A stretch of DNA of 64,000 bases from a bacterium (GTDB taxonomy: Bacteria > T1Sed10-126). Made by a program: the position numbers and the translations under genes. Of the stretch, positions 45,359 to 54,694 are shown in pieces (position 1 is the first letter of the stretch; the number at the start of each line of letters is the position of its first letter). The notes below the pieces were generated by a model. The model did no database searches, was not told the origin of the DNA, and was given only the letters and a program-made list of their open reading frames with translations. The DNA lies in contig PWHN01000057.1 of assembly GCA_003554945.1 (NCBI GenBank), forward strand, positions 380 through 64,379, read 5' to 3'.

Positions 45359-46289
45359 TTACCCGAATCAACTCCTCGCTATCCGTTTCCGGATGACCGC
45401 TGATATCCGTAGGCATCTGGTCAAACCAGCGGATCTGTTTACGTGCAAATTTTTTAGTTCGCCGTGTTATATTATCAATTGCTTCTTCTCTTGTCAGCTC
45501 CCCCTGCAAGCACCTCAGCCCTTCAGTAAAACCAATAGCCTGCTTAATATTTCGGTTCAGATCTTTACGCTGCTGCAGTTGTTCAACTTCCTCAACCAAC
45601 CCTTCCTCAAACATCTGCTCCGCCCGCCTTCTAATTCGCCTGTATAGTTCCTCCCGTGGTCTTTTCAAATAGACCAGAAGCGGGTTCAGACCGTTGCGAA
45701 ATTGTTTCTCGCCACTTATTAACTCTGTCTTAGTCCGTCCGGTCTCGTGATAAATTTCTAGCGCTCTAATAATGCGCCTCAGATCATTAGGATGAATATT
45801 TTCTGCCGCCTGGGGATCAATTTCCAGCAGTTCTTGATGCAGCACCCGGCTTCCCGCTTCTTGAGCTCGCTCACGCAACCGGGCGCGGTATTCAGGATTA
45901 GCAGCGGGCATTTCGTCGAGACCATAAAGGTATTTTTGAATATACATCGCAGTGCCACCGACCAGGACCGGTAGCCGGGCCGATTTAACCGCTGCTTCTA
46001 CCGCCTCCTCAGCCAGTTTTAGAAAAGCAGCAACGTCAAAATTTTCGGCCGGATCCAGCTCATTTACACCGCTATGCTTAATTTCGGCCAATACTCCCGC
46101 CGGCGGACTGGCGGTCGCCACGTCAAACCCACGATAAACCTGCATCGAATCGGCAGAAATAACGTGGATTGAATAACCATTGAGATTGTTATAAACAAAG
46201 CTCGATTTACCGACAGCCGTCGGCCCAACTATTATTAAAGGTTTTTTCTTGTCCAGTTTAACTGCCTTTAAACCTCCATCCACTGCCAC
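45333..46289 (-). CDS. miaA: tRNA dimethylallyltransferase
   Basis: The P-loop GPTAVGKS is present. The length and downstream motifs are those of the MiaA family. Confidence 0.85.
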   Translation of the reverse strand: MAVDGGLKAVKLDKKKPLIIVGPTAVGKSSFVYNNLNGYSIHVISADSMQVYRGFDVATASPPAGVLAEIKHSGVNELDPAENFDVAAFLKLAEEAVEAAVKSARLPVLVGGTAMYIQKYLYGLDEMPAANPEYRARLRERAQEAGSRVLHQELLEIDPQAAENIHPNDLRRIIRALEIYHETGRTKTELISGEKQFRNGLNPLLVYLKRPREELYRRIRRRAEQMFEEGLVEEVEQLQQRKDLNRNIKQAIGFTEGLRCLQGELTREEAIDNITRRTKKFARKQIRWFDQMPTDISGHPETDSEELIRVIEQKYELQ

Positions 46290-46560
46290 TATAACGGTAA
46301 GTAAGATTTTTTGTTTGCAGCAAAATTCAGATCGCCGGGAAACACTACCGGTTCCTAAATTTGCCCTTTATTTTAACAAAAATACCCCGGTTTAAGCCAA
46401 ACAATTTTTAATATCTGCTCACCTTATCTTTCCCCCGTCAAGTAAGAAAACGAAACGTCCCCCCCTTCAAGAGTGGAAAGCTTTTCGGCGAGACTCGATT
46501 TCGTCTTTGTCGGTAGGTTTTGAACTAGGGTTGGAGGGTATTTCCGAGAAAAACTGTTAA

Positions 46561-46830
46561 TCAAGCCAGCTCGTCCACAAACTGCCCTTCAAAATCGAGC
46601 TCGGGCCGTTCAAGAACTTCTACCATGATTTCTATCCTCTGCAAACGACGCCTTAAGTCAGAACTTGACGCCTGAGCGGTAGAGGCGGAAGACGAACCGG
46701 TCTGCCTGGTTACAGGCCCACTATTTAACGAAGCACCGGCACCACTGACTACGCCCGTACTCATGAATCTTCTACCTCCCCTTTCAATCTCGCCCATTTT
46801 CCTACCATTTAAAATATAATACAATCTCAC
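46561..46830 (-). CDS. Small hypothetical protein. The likely start is an internal Met (MGEIERGG or MSTGVV). It has a Ser/Ala-rich low-complexity middle and a conserved-looking C-terminal helix.
   Basis: The ORF is present. There are no Sm motifs, so it is not Hfq. Confidence 0.3.
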   Translation of the reverse strand: MRLYYILNGRKMGEIERGGRRFMSTGVVSGAGASLNSGPVTRQTGSSSASTAQASSSDLRRRLQRIEIMVEVLERPELDFEGQFVDELA

Positions 46831-46933
46831 CTCAGAGTCAACTTTTGACCCGACAAAACCAAAAATATTTTATATAATTTTGCACGAAAAAAAGTAACAT
46901 CGCTGTTAATTTAAACAGGAGGCCTAATTTTTA

Positions 46934-47938
46934 ATGAAAATTTATGACACAGTAATAATTGGCTCCGGTGCCGCCGGACTGACTGCAGCCATATATACGG
47001 CAAGAGACGGCTTGAAGACCGCCGTTCTGGCCGGAAATACTCCGGGCGGCCAACTTACTCAAACCCCCGACGTCGAAAATTATCCCGGCTTTCCCGAGGG
47101 AATATCCGGCTCTGAATTAATGCAAAGAGCACGAACACAGGCCGAAAATTTTGGTGCCGAAATATTGCCTGTGCTGGCCAGATCGGCTGATTTTTCGGAT
47201 CTGCCCTACACCATAGAAACTACTGACAATACTGTTAGAGGCCAGAGCGTAATTATTGCCAGCGGTGCCAGCGCTCGCTGGCTTGGTTTAGAATCCGAAA
47301 CCAAATACCGCGGAAAAGGTGTCTCGGCCTGCGCCACCTGTGACGGTTTCTTTTTTCAGGGCGAGGAAGTTCTGGTAATTGGCGGCAGTGACGCCGCCGC
47401 AGAGGAGGCACTATTCCTCACAAAATTCGCCCGCCGGGTTCGCATTTTACACAGACGCGATGACCTGCGCGCCTCAAATGCTCTTAAACAACGACTGAAA
47501 GCAAACGATAAAATCGAAATACTCTGGAATACTGAGCTTATAGAGGTACTGGGAGACGGTGAGAAAGTTACCGGTGCCCGAGTTATTACACACCCTGACG
47601 GCCACCCGAAAAATAAGTTAAACCAGGAGGATCAGTTGATCGAGGAAAAAGAACTCGAATGTGCTGGTATATTTATTGCCATTGGCCACTCCCCCAACAC
47701 CGATTTTCTTGAATCAACCGCTGTAAAAACGGACAAACGTGGCTATATCATTGCAGAAAATGAAGTTTTTACCGGTGTCGAGGGGGTCTTTGCCGCCGGC
47801 GACGCAGCTGACTCTCGCTATCAACAGGCTGTTACAGCAGCCGGTACAGGATGCAAAGCAGCCCTGGAAGTGGAAAGATTCCTGGCCGGTTGCAGAACCT
47901 ACCAAAGCATCTCCCCTCCCCTGGAGGGAGGGGATTAA
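46934..47938 (+). CDS. trxB: Thioredoxin reductase. The last ~10 codons and the stop codon lie inside a CCCCTCCCCTGGAGGGAGGGG hairpin repeat.
   Basis: The FAD motif GSGAAGLTAAIY, the active site CATCDG and the NADPH motif GGSDAAAEEALFL are present. Confidence 0.9.
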   Translation: MKIYDTVIIGSGAAGLTAAIYTARDGLKTAVLAGNTPGGQLTQTPDVENYPGFPEGISGSELMQRARTQAENFGAEILPVLARSADFSDLPYTIETTDNTVRGQSVIIASGASARWLGLESETKYRGKGVSACATCDGFFFQGEEVLVIGGSDAAAEEALFLTKFARRVRILHRRDDLRASNALKQRLKANDKIEILWNTELIEVLGDGEKVTGARVITHPDGHPKNKLNQEDQLIEEKELECAGIFIAIGHSPNTDFLESTAVKTDKRGYIIAENEVFTGVEGVFAAGDAADSRYQQAVTAAGTGCKAALEVERFLAGCRTYQSISPPLEGGD

Positions 47939-48125
47939 GGGGAGGGGGGGGAAGGAATTTTGGAACCTTTCGGTAGATTCTGGCCGGTTAAAAAATCTCT
48001 TGTTTTCTTTGATAATTTAACTATAATGGAATTATAGTAATTCTCACTTGGGCCTTCACCTGTAAAGAATCAGGTGCTAATAGCTGCTTTTACAGGTTAT
48101 GCTCAGGTCATGCTGGAGTGATAAA

Positions 48126-48656
48126 ATGAGTAAAATGAGCAACGATGACTTAGAAAAGATTATTGAGCTTGACATTGAGTCCGAGCTGCAGCCGTGGCCT
48201 GAGGACATGAGTCAAATATTTGAGGCAGTTGTAACTACTGACAAAGTCGACGAACAGACCCTCCGCGAGTATCTTTACTCAACAAGGCCTTCCCTTAAGG
48301 ACATCTCCCGGGCACTTCAGATGGTCGCTGAAAGCCAGCGCAACAATATATCAAGCGACAGCTTTGAAAAAATTAGTCAGGGCCTAGAAATATTAGGACC
48401 ACAAGTTGACCTTGGACTACCGGACGAAGAACTGCAAAATGTCTACGACAGATTAATAGAGCTCCTGAAAAAAACTCAGGAAAATGGCGAAATTGATATT
48501 GATAAAGTAATTCTACACTCCATCTTCATACTGGTGGGGACCATAGTCGCCAGCATAACCATACCACATCTGATAAAAAAACGTGACGAATACGGCGATC
48601 AGGTGGGGAAAGCCATTGACTGGCTAAAAGATATTTTCCAAAAAGAAACAGACTAA
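48126..48656 (+). CDS. Hypothetical protein with a C-terminal transmembrane helix. The start is chosen at MSKMSNDD; the track starts at 48099.
   Basis: The ORF is 177-185 aa with one hydrophobic helix (ILHSIFILVGTIVASITIPHLI). There is no family assignment. Confidence 0.4.
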   Translation: MSKMSNDDLEKIIELDIESELQPWPEDMSQIFEAVVTTDKVDEQTLREYLYSTRPSLKDISRALQMVAESQRNNISSDSFEKISQGLEILGPQVDLGLPDEELQNVYDRLIELLKKTQENGEIDIDKVILHSIFILVGTIVASITIPHLIKKRDEYGDQVGKAIDWLKDIFQKETD

Positions 48657-48795
48657 TTTCAGTTATTAATAATTATTGTTTGCTACTGTAGCTTCTTTAT
48701 GCTATAGTTTGGTTGAAAGCAACAGTTTAAAGCCTGACAGACCGTTATGACGGGCTTTCAGGTTAGAATACTACGCAGCAAAGGAGGTTGTCACA

Positions 48796-48996
48796 GTGCC
48801 AACAGGGACCGTTAAATGGTTTGATGACGCCAAGGGTTACGGCTTCATTGAACAAGAAACGGGCGAGGATGTATTTGTCCACTTCTCGGACATTGAAGTC
48901 GAAGGTTACAAAACCCTCGACGAAAACCAGGAAGTCGAGTTTGAACTCGAAGAAACTGAAAAAGGCCTCGCCGCTGTCGAAGTTACCCCGCTTTAG
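48796..48996 (+). CDS. cspA: Cold-shock protein (CspA family)
   Basis: The RNP motifs KGYGFI and VFVHF are present. The protein is 66 aa. A long 5' leader is typical of csp genes. Confidence 0.9.
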   Translation: MPTGTVKWFDDAKGYGFIEQETGEDVFVHFSDIEVEGYKTLDENQEVEFELEETEKGLAAVEVTPL

Positions 48997-49028
48997 GTGA
49001 GGTTAAGTTCACCAAGCGTTATATAAAA

Positions 49029-49068
49029 GAGCTTCCTCCGGGTTAACCCGGAGGAAGCTCTTTTTTTT
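49029..49068. terminator. Bidirectional intrinsic terminator between cspA (+) and the convergent HAD-hydrolase gene (-). The 16-bp perfect stem is GAGCTTCCTCCGGGTT..AACCCGGAGGAAGCTC, with T8 on the plus strand and a T-rich tail on the minus strand.
   Basis: Read directly. Confidence 0.85.
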
Positions 49069-49076
49069 GTACTGTT

Positions 49077-49829
49077 TTAGTCCTGCAGCCAGCGCTTCAT
49101 AAGCTCCAGAACACCGTAGGCCGCCTGGTTTTCCAGCAAGATTCCGTCGTTGCTTTTTACCGCTTCTCGGACGATCGGTTCAGCGTTGGCAACAGCAGCA
49201 GATAAATAGCCGTAACGCCCGTCAAGCATATCGATATCGTTGGCCGAATCACCAACACAAATAACCTCCGGTGACTCAAGCGAAGTAGTTCGCTCGAGCC
49301 GTTTCAAACAGCGTCCCTTCCCCACTTCTTTCGGGGCCAGTGTAAGATGAACACGATTACGCAGGGTCTGTTGCCCTTTTTTCAACATTTTTTTCAAAAA
49401 TTCTTCGGCTTCAATAGCCTCTGCTTCCGAAGCAAAAATTAAGTGCCCGTGCTCATTATCTGGCTCCAGCTCTGCTTTGTTAAGACAACGAAGAAGCTTG
49501 GGCAGTAGCTCCTTCCAATCACTATCAACTTCTTGAGTTCGACGCCGTAGTCTCGAATTCCACTCCTCATCAGCCTCAAATCTATCCCCTCTGTTAAAAT
49601 GGATAAACCTTTCTCGAGATATAATCGTTCCGGGACGCTGAGGCCAGTTCTCACTAAATTTACGCACCTGTTCAAAACTGCGGCCGGTCGCCACAATCCA
49701 GCGGCAGTCTTCTAATAGCTGACTATCAAGCAGGTAAAAAAATTCCCACGGTGGGTCGGTAGTGTCGGGTAAAAATAGAGTGCTATCAAGGTCGGTTACA
49801 AATACGCTAATATCGGCAAGTCGAGTCAT
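49077..49829 (-). CDS. HAD-superfamily hydrolase (subfamily IIB / Cof-like sugar-phosphatase)
   Basis: Motif I is FVTDLDSTL. The protein has a cap domain and motifs III/IV (GDSANDIDM). Confidence 0.65.
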   Translation of the reverse strand: MTRLADISVFVTDLDSTLFLPDTTDPPWEFFYLLDSQLLEDCRWIVATGRSFEQVRKFSENWPQRPGTIISRERFIHFNRGDRFEADEEWNSRLRRRTQEVDSDWKELLPKLLRCLNKAELEPDNEHGHLIFASEAEAIEAEEFLKKMLKKGQQTLRNRVHLTLAPKEVGKGRCLKRLERTTSLESPEVICVGDSANDIDMLDGRYGYLSAAVANAEPIVREAVKSNDGILLENQAAYGVLELMKRWLQD

Positions 49830-50456
49830 CTAACCGGCTGCTTTTTCAGCTGCTGCCTCCAGCTTTGGCTCGTAAAAATTTAACAGCTCACAGTAAATAC
49901 GATAATTTTTGCGGGCGCCCGATAGACCGGTGTGAGTGGTAGGGTCATCAGCATTGTAGTGCTGCGGCTCATCGTCCAGGCCAAGCAGGTCAATAATCTC
50001 ACTGGAGTGCAATTTACTTATCCCCATTCCCCAGGCCAGTGAGGGCAAATCCATCACATAGTCGTGCACAACGTCAATATGTTTTCCCGCTTTTTGAAAC
50101 ATCTGATCCAGAAAAGCAGAGTCAAACGAAGAACGATAAGCACTCATCATCACCTGCTTATCGGCCGCATGTTCGTCATAAAAATCAACTATTTCTTCCA
50201 CTGTTTCCTCGGCGGTTAAGGTGTCAAACTCCTCCCACTTCTCCACACTGAAGCCGTTACAACGGGCGGCTCCGGGCATCGTCCGCTCGGGATGTGCGGG
50301 CATAACGCGACGGTGATAATTGGCTATCTCACCATCCCGCGGATCAGCAAGTACTATTCCCACGTCGATAACTTCATGATAACCGGGATTGAGCCCGGTT
50401 GTTTCTACGTCGGTAAAGGCTATCAGCCAGTCCTCTTCTTCAAATATAGCTAACAT
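49830..50456 (-). CDS. DEDDh-family 3'-5' exonuclease (DnaQ/RNase T-like)
   Basis: Exo I is FTDVETTGL. The Exo III-like motif is HYNADDP (H..AD). The protein is 208 aa. Confidence 0.65.
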   Translation of the reverse strand: MLAIFEEEDWLIAFTDVETTGLNPGYHEVIDVGIVLADPRDGEIANYHRRVMPAHPERTMPGAARCNGFSVEKWEEFDTLTAEETVEEIVDFYDEHAADKQVMMSAYRSSFDSAFLDQMFQKAGKHIDVVHDYVMDLPSLAWGMGISKLHSSEIIDLLGLDDEPQHYNADDPTTHTGLSGARKNYRIYCELLNFYEPKLEAAAEKAAG

Positions 50457-50585
50457 GTTTTATTTTCCTTTTTTGTTATGGGATTATATTCAAAACTAAG
50501 CTGCATTATGCATCAACTGTTGTTATTTTTAAGCCTTAAAATATATCACGGGAAGAGATAGAAATCAAGTGTTTGGAAGATTTGG

Positions 50586-50628
50586 CAAAAAAATAAAAAT
50601 CCGGCGGCAGTGACCCGCCACCGGATTT
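50586..50628 (-). terminator. Intrinsic terminator downstream of the GlsB-family gene. The stem is AAATCCGGTGGCGG..CCGCCGCCGGATTT, followed on the minus strand by TTATTTTTTT.
   Basis: Read directly on the minus strand. Confidence 0.75.
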
Positions 50629-50659
50629 CAACAACTATTCCCAACTTGGCCGTCGAAGC

Positions 50660-50977
50660 TTACAGCGATGATTCCTCCGAACTACTGCAGGCTGCGCTGC
50701 AGGTGCGGACCATATCTACGGCAAAAATAATTAACGCAAAAGCACCAAGTATTGCCGGGATTATGTAAACATCGATATCACCTTCAAATTTCAGGGCCTC
50801 AAACCAGTGCCCGAATACGGGTGTTCCCAGCCAGGCACCTAACCACCCAATAATTACTTTGTTCACAAAAGAATCCCATCCACCTCTAACGCTATAGCCG
50901 CTAAAGTGTAATATCAGTGAGACAACTACACTTATAACGAGCAGTATTAAAAAACTCAAAAAACACATGCCAATCAT
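50660..50977 (-). CDS. GlsB/YeaQ/YmgE family stress-response membrane protein (transglycosylase-associated)
   Basis: The protein is 105 aa. The GWLGAWLG glycine-zipper motif and two or three transmembrane helices are present. Confidence 0.7.
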   Translation of the reverse strand: MIGMCFLSFLILLVISVVVSLILHFSGYSVRGGWDSFVNKVIIGWLGAWLGTPVFGHWFEALKFEGDIDVYIIPAILGAFALIIFAVDMVRTCSAACSSSEESSL

Positions 50978-51278
50978 GCTGAATCCCTCCTAAAGTGTGA
51001 TTGATAACTCTTTGCCACATCGTTACAATATACAACACCAATTGTTTATTATCAAGATTAAAATTAATTATGGGGAAATTTGCCGAAGAGATCCTAAAAT
51101 TGCCCACGTTGAGTGACTTTTTTCAGGGGAGCAAAAGCCAATTTCCTGGACAACGGGAAAAACAAAGTCCAAAAGCCAAAAATGGCGGGAAATGCCCCAT
51201 CACACTTGCGCATTTTCGCAAATGATCATTTGATCATTTGCGCAATTGCGAAAATGTGCAAATGACTGGGGGATTTGG

Positions 51279-51941
51279 TTAGTTGGTACAGCTCTCTTGT
51301 TCTAACTCTTGAAGGCGACCGTAAAGTTCTTTTTCCTCTTCTCGCAGACAGATACGGCTGTTGTCCTGTGTCTGCAGGTCGCGATCCACTCTATCAAAAT
51401 TTATCGACAGCCCCAGTGATTCAAAACCGTCCTTAACGTGCTGGGCGCGGTTAATTATGGACTCATAGCTAATAATTATACTATCCTCCACGTTCTCGTA
51501 AGCGGCGATCAAGGCGTTATTATTCTTAAACCAGGATAATGAAAATTCTCCCAATCCACGTTTGAAAAGGCTGGCTTTTACGTCGGCAGGGTGACGATAA
51601 ATAAGGACGAGCCGCAAATTTTTAGCGACATGACGATAGAAAAAAAGTGCCGGCACGCGCACCAGTTTCAACCCAGCGGTCCCTTGAACATCATTCAAAA
51701 GGCGAACCACCTTGTTCATCCGCCCGGTTATTTCTGGAGTCATGGCCTTCTGCAGCAGCTCTTTGGAAAGCTCCTTGGCCTGTTTTATTTCGTAATAGCC
51801 GGCACGATTGTAGTCGTCCCCCTCAAAATCAGAAGGAAAAGTAACGCCTGCACTTTCCACAAGTTGGCAGGCAAGCGAAGTTCCAGAGCGGGGATGACCG
51901 GCAACTAAAACGGCGTCGTCAAGCATTACAGCTTTTGCCAA
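51279..51941 (-). CDS. Sulfotransferase-family protein. It is the second one in the window.
   Basis: The 5'-PSB-like motif is GHPRSGTS. The 3'-PB-like motif is YRHPADVKAS, which fits R.P.D...S. The protein is 220 aa. Confidence 0.6.
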   Translation of the reverse strand: MAKAVMLDDAVLVAGHPRSGTSLACQLVESAGVTFPSDFEGDDYNRAGYYEIKQAKELSKELLQKAMTPEITGRMNKVVRLLNDVQGTAGLKLVRVPALFFYRHVAKNLRLVLIYRHPADVKASLFKRGLGEFSLSWFKNNNALIAAYENVEDSIIISYESIINRAQHVKDGFESLGLSINFDRVDRDLQTQDNSRICLREEEKELYGRLQELEQESCTN

Positions 51942-51947
51942 GACAAA

Positions 51948-54602
51948 TCACTCCTTCTGGAGCAAAGAAATAGTCTGCTCCAGCCTTTCAACCTCGTCCT
52001 CTACTTCAAGAAGCTCTTCCTTGCTTTCTTCAATAACGCCCAGCGGGGCATTCTCAAGAAATTGTGGGTTCTCCAGCCGCTGATTTAGCTCTTCAATACG
52101 CTGCTGCCGGTCGGCAAGATCAGACTGGAGACGTTCCGTTTCTTTTTGAACATCAATAACTCCGGCCAGCGGCAGGAGAATTGTTCCAAAATCAAGCACT
52201 TCGGTCGAACAGAGCTTGGGCTGTTGTCCATCCGTCAGTTCGAATGATTCCACCCCGACCAGTTTTTGCACATAAGGCTCCATTTCCAGCAGTTTTTGAC
52301 TTGCCTGTTCTTCCGGGTCAATCAGCAGACTGACGCCTGAGCTACGCTGAACGTTAAACTCTTTCTTCAAATGGCGGCCGGAGCGAATTACCTCCTGAAG
52401 CTGCTCGACAACTGCAAGTGATTTTTGATCTAACCACTGTTCGGGCGGCGACGGCCACTCGGTATTTATAATTAGCTTACCATTGGGATTAAGCCTACCA
52501 TAAAGCTCCTCCGTCAAATGCGGCATTACCGGGTGAAGAGCCTTCAGAGATTCCACAAGAACCCGGTAGAGAACTCGCTCAACGTTACGCTGTTCTTCAC
52601 CGGCGCTAACATCAAGCCGTATTTTTGAAAACTCTATATACCAGTCACAGTATTCGTGCCAGAAAAACTGATAAAGGTTGTCCGCGTAGCGGTCAAAATT
52701 ATAGTTTTCCAATGCTTCCGTAGCAGCTTCCATACGCTCCTTAAAACGGCCAAGTATCCATTTTTCAATAGCAGAACAGTGTTCAATTTCAATTGGTTCG
52801 ACGAGATATTGAGCAGTGGGGTCATCAAGTGCAAAATCAAGATAACGAACGGCGTTCCAGATCTTGTTGGCGAAATTCCGAAAACCTTTTACACGATCAT
52901 ATGAGAGCCTTATGTCGCGACCCTGGGCGGCAAGGGCGCAGAGTGTAAAACGCAATGCATCACAGCCGTACTCATCAATCACGTCGAGCGGGTCAATAAC
53001 GTTCCCCAGCGATTTACTCATCTTCTCGCCGGACTCGGTTCTAATAAGTGCATGAATATAAACGTCGTCGAAGGGGCGCTCGTCCATGCAGTAATAACCC
53101 ATCATAATCATCCGGGCAACCCAAAAATAAATTATGTCAAAGCCGGTGGAGAGTACATCGGTAGGATAAAAAGCTTCCAGATCTGCAGTATCCTCAGGCC
53201 AACCGAGAGTGGAGAAGGGCCAGAGGGCCGAAGAAAACCAGGTGTCCAGAACATCTGAATCCTGCTCCAGGTCAACCTGCTTACCATAAATTTCTTGCGC
53301 TTTTTCCTCAGCTTCCTCTTCACTGCGAGCGACTATGGTCTCACCGTCCGGACCATACCAGACGGGAATTCGGTGGCCCCACCATATCTGACGGCTGATA
53401 CACCAGTCGCGAATGTTCTCCATCCACTCAAAATAAGTCTTTTCCCAGCGTTCAGGATAAAATTGAACCTCGTCGTCCTTGACCGCTTCGATGGCCGGTT
53501 CCGCCAGGGGTTCCATTGAAACAAACCACTGTTTGGAAACATAGGGCTCAATCTCGGTATCACAGCGGTAGCAGTGCCCAACGTCATGGGAATAAGGTTC
53601 AATCTCTAACAAGTAATCCTGTTGTTTTAAGTCTTCAACCACTTTTTCACGAACTTCGTAGCGATCAAGCCCGGCGTAGGGCTGACCGGCATTCTGATTG
53701 TAGGTTCCGTCTTCATTCAATAGGTTAATTAACTCCAGTCCGTGGTCCTCGCCAATTCTAAAGTCCAGGTCGTCGTGCCCCGGTGTGATTTTTACAAGAC
53801 CTGAACCAAAATCGGGATCGACACGATCGTCAGCAACAACTGGCAGCTCACGCTCAACAAGTGGGAGCAAGGCTTTCTCGCCTTCCAGATGAGTATAACG
53901 CTCATCACGGAGATGAAAAGCAACGGCGGTATCGCCAAGCATCGTCTCCGGCCGGGTGGTGGCAATGTGCAGGTAATCGTCTGAATTCAAAAGCGGATAC
54001 TTTATATGATACCAGTGGCCGTCAACCTCCTGATGTTCCACTTCAACGTCAGAAAGAGCGGTATGACAGCGGGGACACCAATTTACGATGTAGTCGCCCT
54101 GGTAGATAAGTTCATCCTCGTAAAGTCTGATAAAAACTTCGGTGACAGCACGGGAAAGTCCTTCGTCAAGCGTAAAACGCTCGCGGCTCCAATCACATGA
54201 AACACCAAGAGCCTTAAGCTGATGAATAATCTGATCCCCGTATTCCTGCTTCCACTCCCAGACACGGTCGAGAAATTTTTCTCGCCCAAGCTCCTCGCGA
54301 CTACTGCCTTCTTCTGCAAGCTGTCGCTCTACCACATTCTGGGTGGCAATGCCGGCGTGGTCGGTGCCAGGCAGCCAGAGGACTTCGTATCCCTGTAAAT
54401 TACGCCAGCGGGCTAAAACATCCTGCAGAGTACAGTTGAGCGCATGTCCCATGTGAAGCGTTCCCGTAACATTTGGAGGGGGAATAACCATTGAAAATTT
54501 TTCTCGTTCTGAACTGTCCTCAGCGGCAAAAACCCCCGCTTCCAGCCATTTTTCGTAAATATCCTTTTCAAAATTTTTAGGATCGTAATCTTCTATCTTC
54601 AA
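51948..54602 (-). CDS. valS: Valine--tRNA ligase
   Basis: The protein is 884 aa. The HIGH motif (PNVTGTLHMGHAL) and KMSKS are present, with a C-terminal coiled-coil. Confidence 0.95.
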   Translation of the reverse strand: MKIEDYDPKNFEKDIYEKWLEAGVFAAEDSSEREKFSMVIPPPNVTGTLHMGHALNCTLQDVLARWRNLQGYEVLWLPGTDHAGIATQNVVERQLAEEGSSREELGREKFLDRVWEWKQEYGDQIIHQLKALGVSCDWSRERFTLDEGLSRAVTEVFIRLYEDELIYQGDYIVNWCPRCHTALSDVEVEHQEVDGHWYHIKYPLLNSDDYLHIATTRPETMLGDTAVAFHLRDERYTHLEGEKALLPLVERELPVVADDRVDPDFGSGLVKITPGHDDLDFRIGEDHGLELINLLNEDGTYNQNAGQPYAGLDRYEVREKVVEDLKQQDYLLEIEPYSHDVGHCYRCDTEIEPYVSKQWFVSMEPLAEPAIEAVKDDEVQFYPERWEKTYFEWMENIRDWCISRQIWWGHRIPVWYGPDGETIVARSEEEAEEKAQEIYGKQVDLEQDSDVLDTWFSSALWPFSTLGWPEDTADLEAFYPTDVLSTGFDIIYFWVARMIMMGYYCMDERPFDDVYIHALIRTESGEKMSKSLGNVIDPLDVIDEYGCDALRFTLCALAAQGRDIRLSYDRVKGFRNFANKIWNAVRYLDFALDDPTAQYLVEPIEIEHCSAIEKWILGRFKERMEAATEALENYNFDRYADNLYQFFWHEYCDWYIEFSKIRLDVSAGEEQRNVERVLYRVLVESLKALHPVMPHLTEELYGRLNPNGKLIINTEWPSPPEQWLDQKSLAVVEQLQEVIRSGRHLKKEFNVQRSSGVSLLIDPEEQASQKLLEMEPYVQKLVGVESFELTDGQQPKLCSTEVLDFGTILLPLAGVIDVQKETERLQSDLADRQQRIEELNQRLENPQFLENAPLGVIEESKEELLEVEDEVERLEQTISLLQKE

Positions 54603-54694
54603 TTATGAGCCTCCTTTTTCTTTTTCGTTATCATTCTCCCCCTCTCCCTGCCCCTCTCCTCCCCCAATGGGGGAGAAAATACAAAAGAGGGGGA

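Noticed and set aside
46561-46830. Candidate hfq in the expected position upstream of miaA-hflX.
   Set aside because: The sequence has a Ser/Ala-rich low-complexity core and no Sm1/Sm2 motifs, so it is not Hfq.
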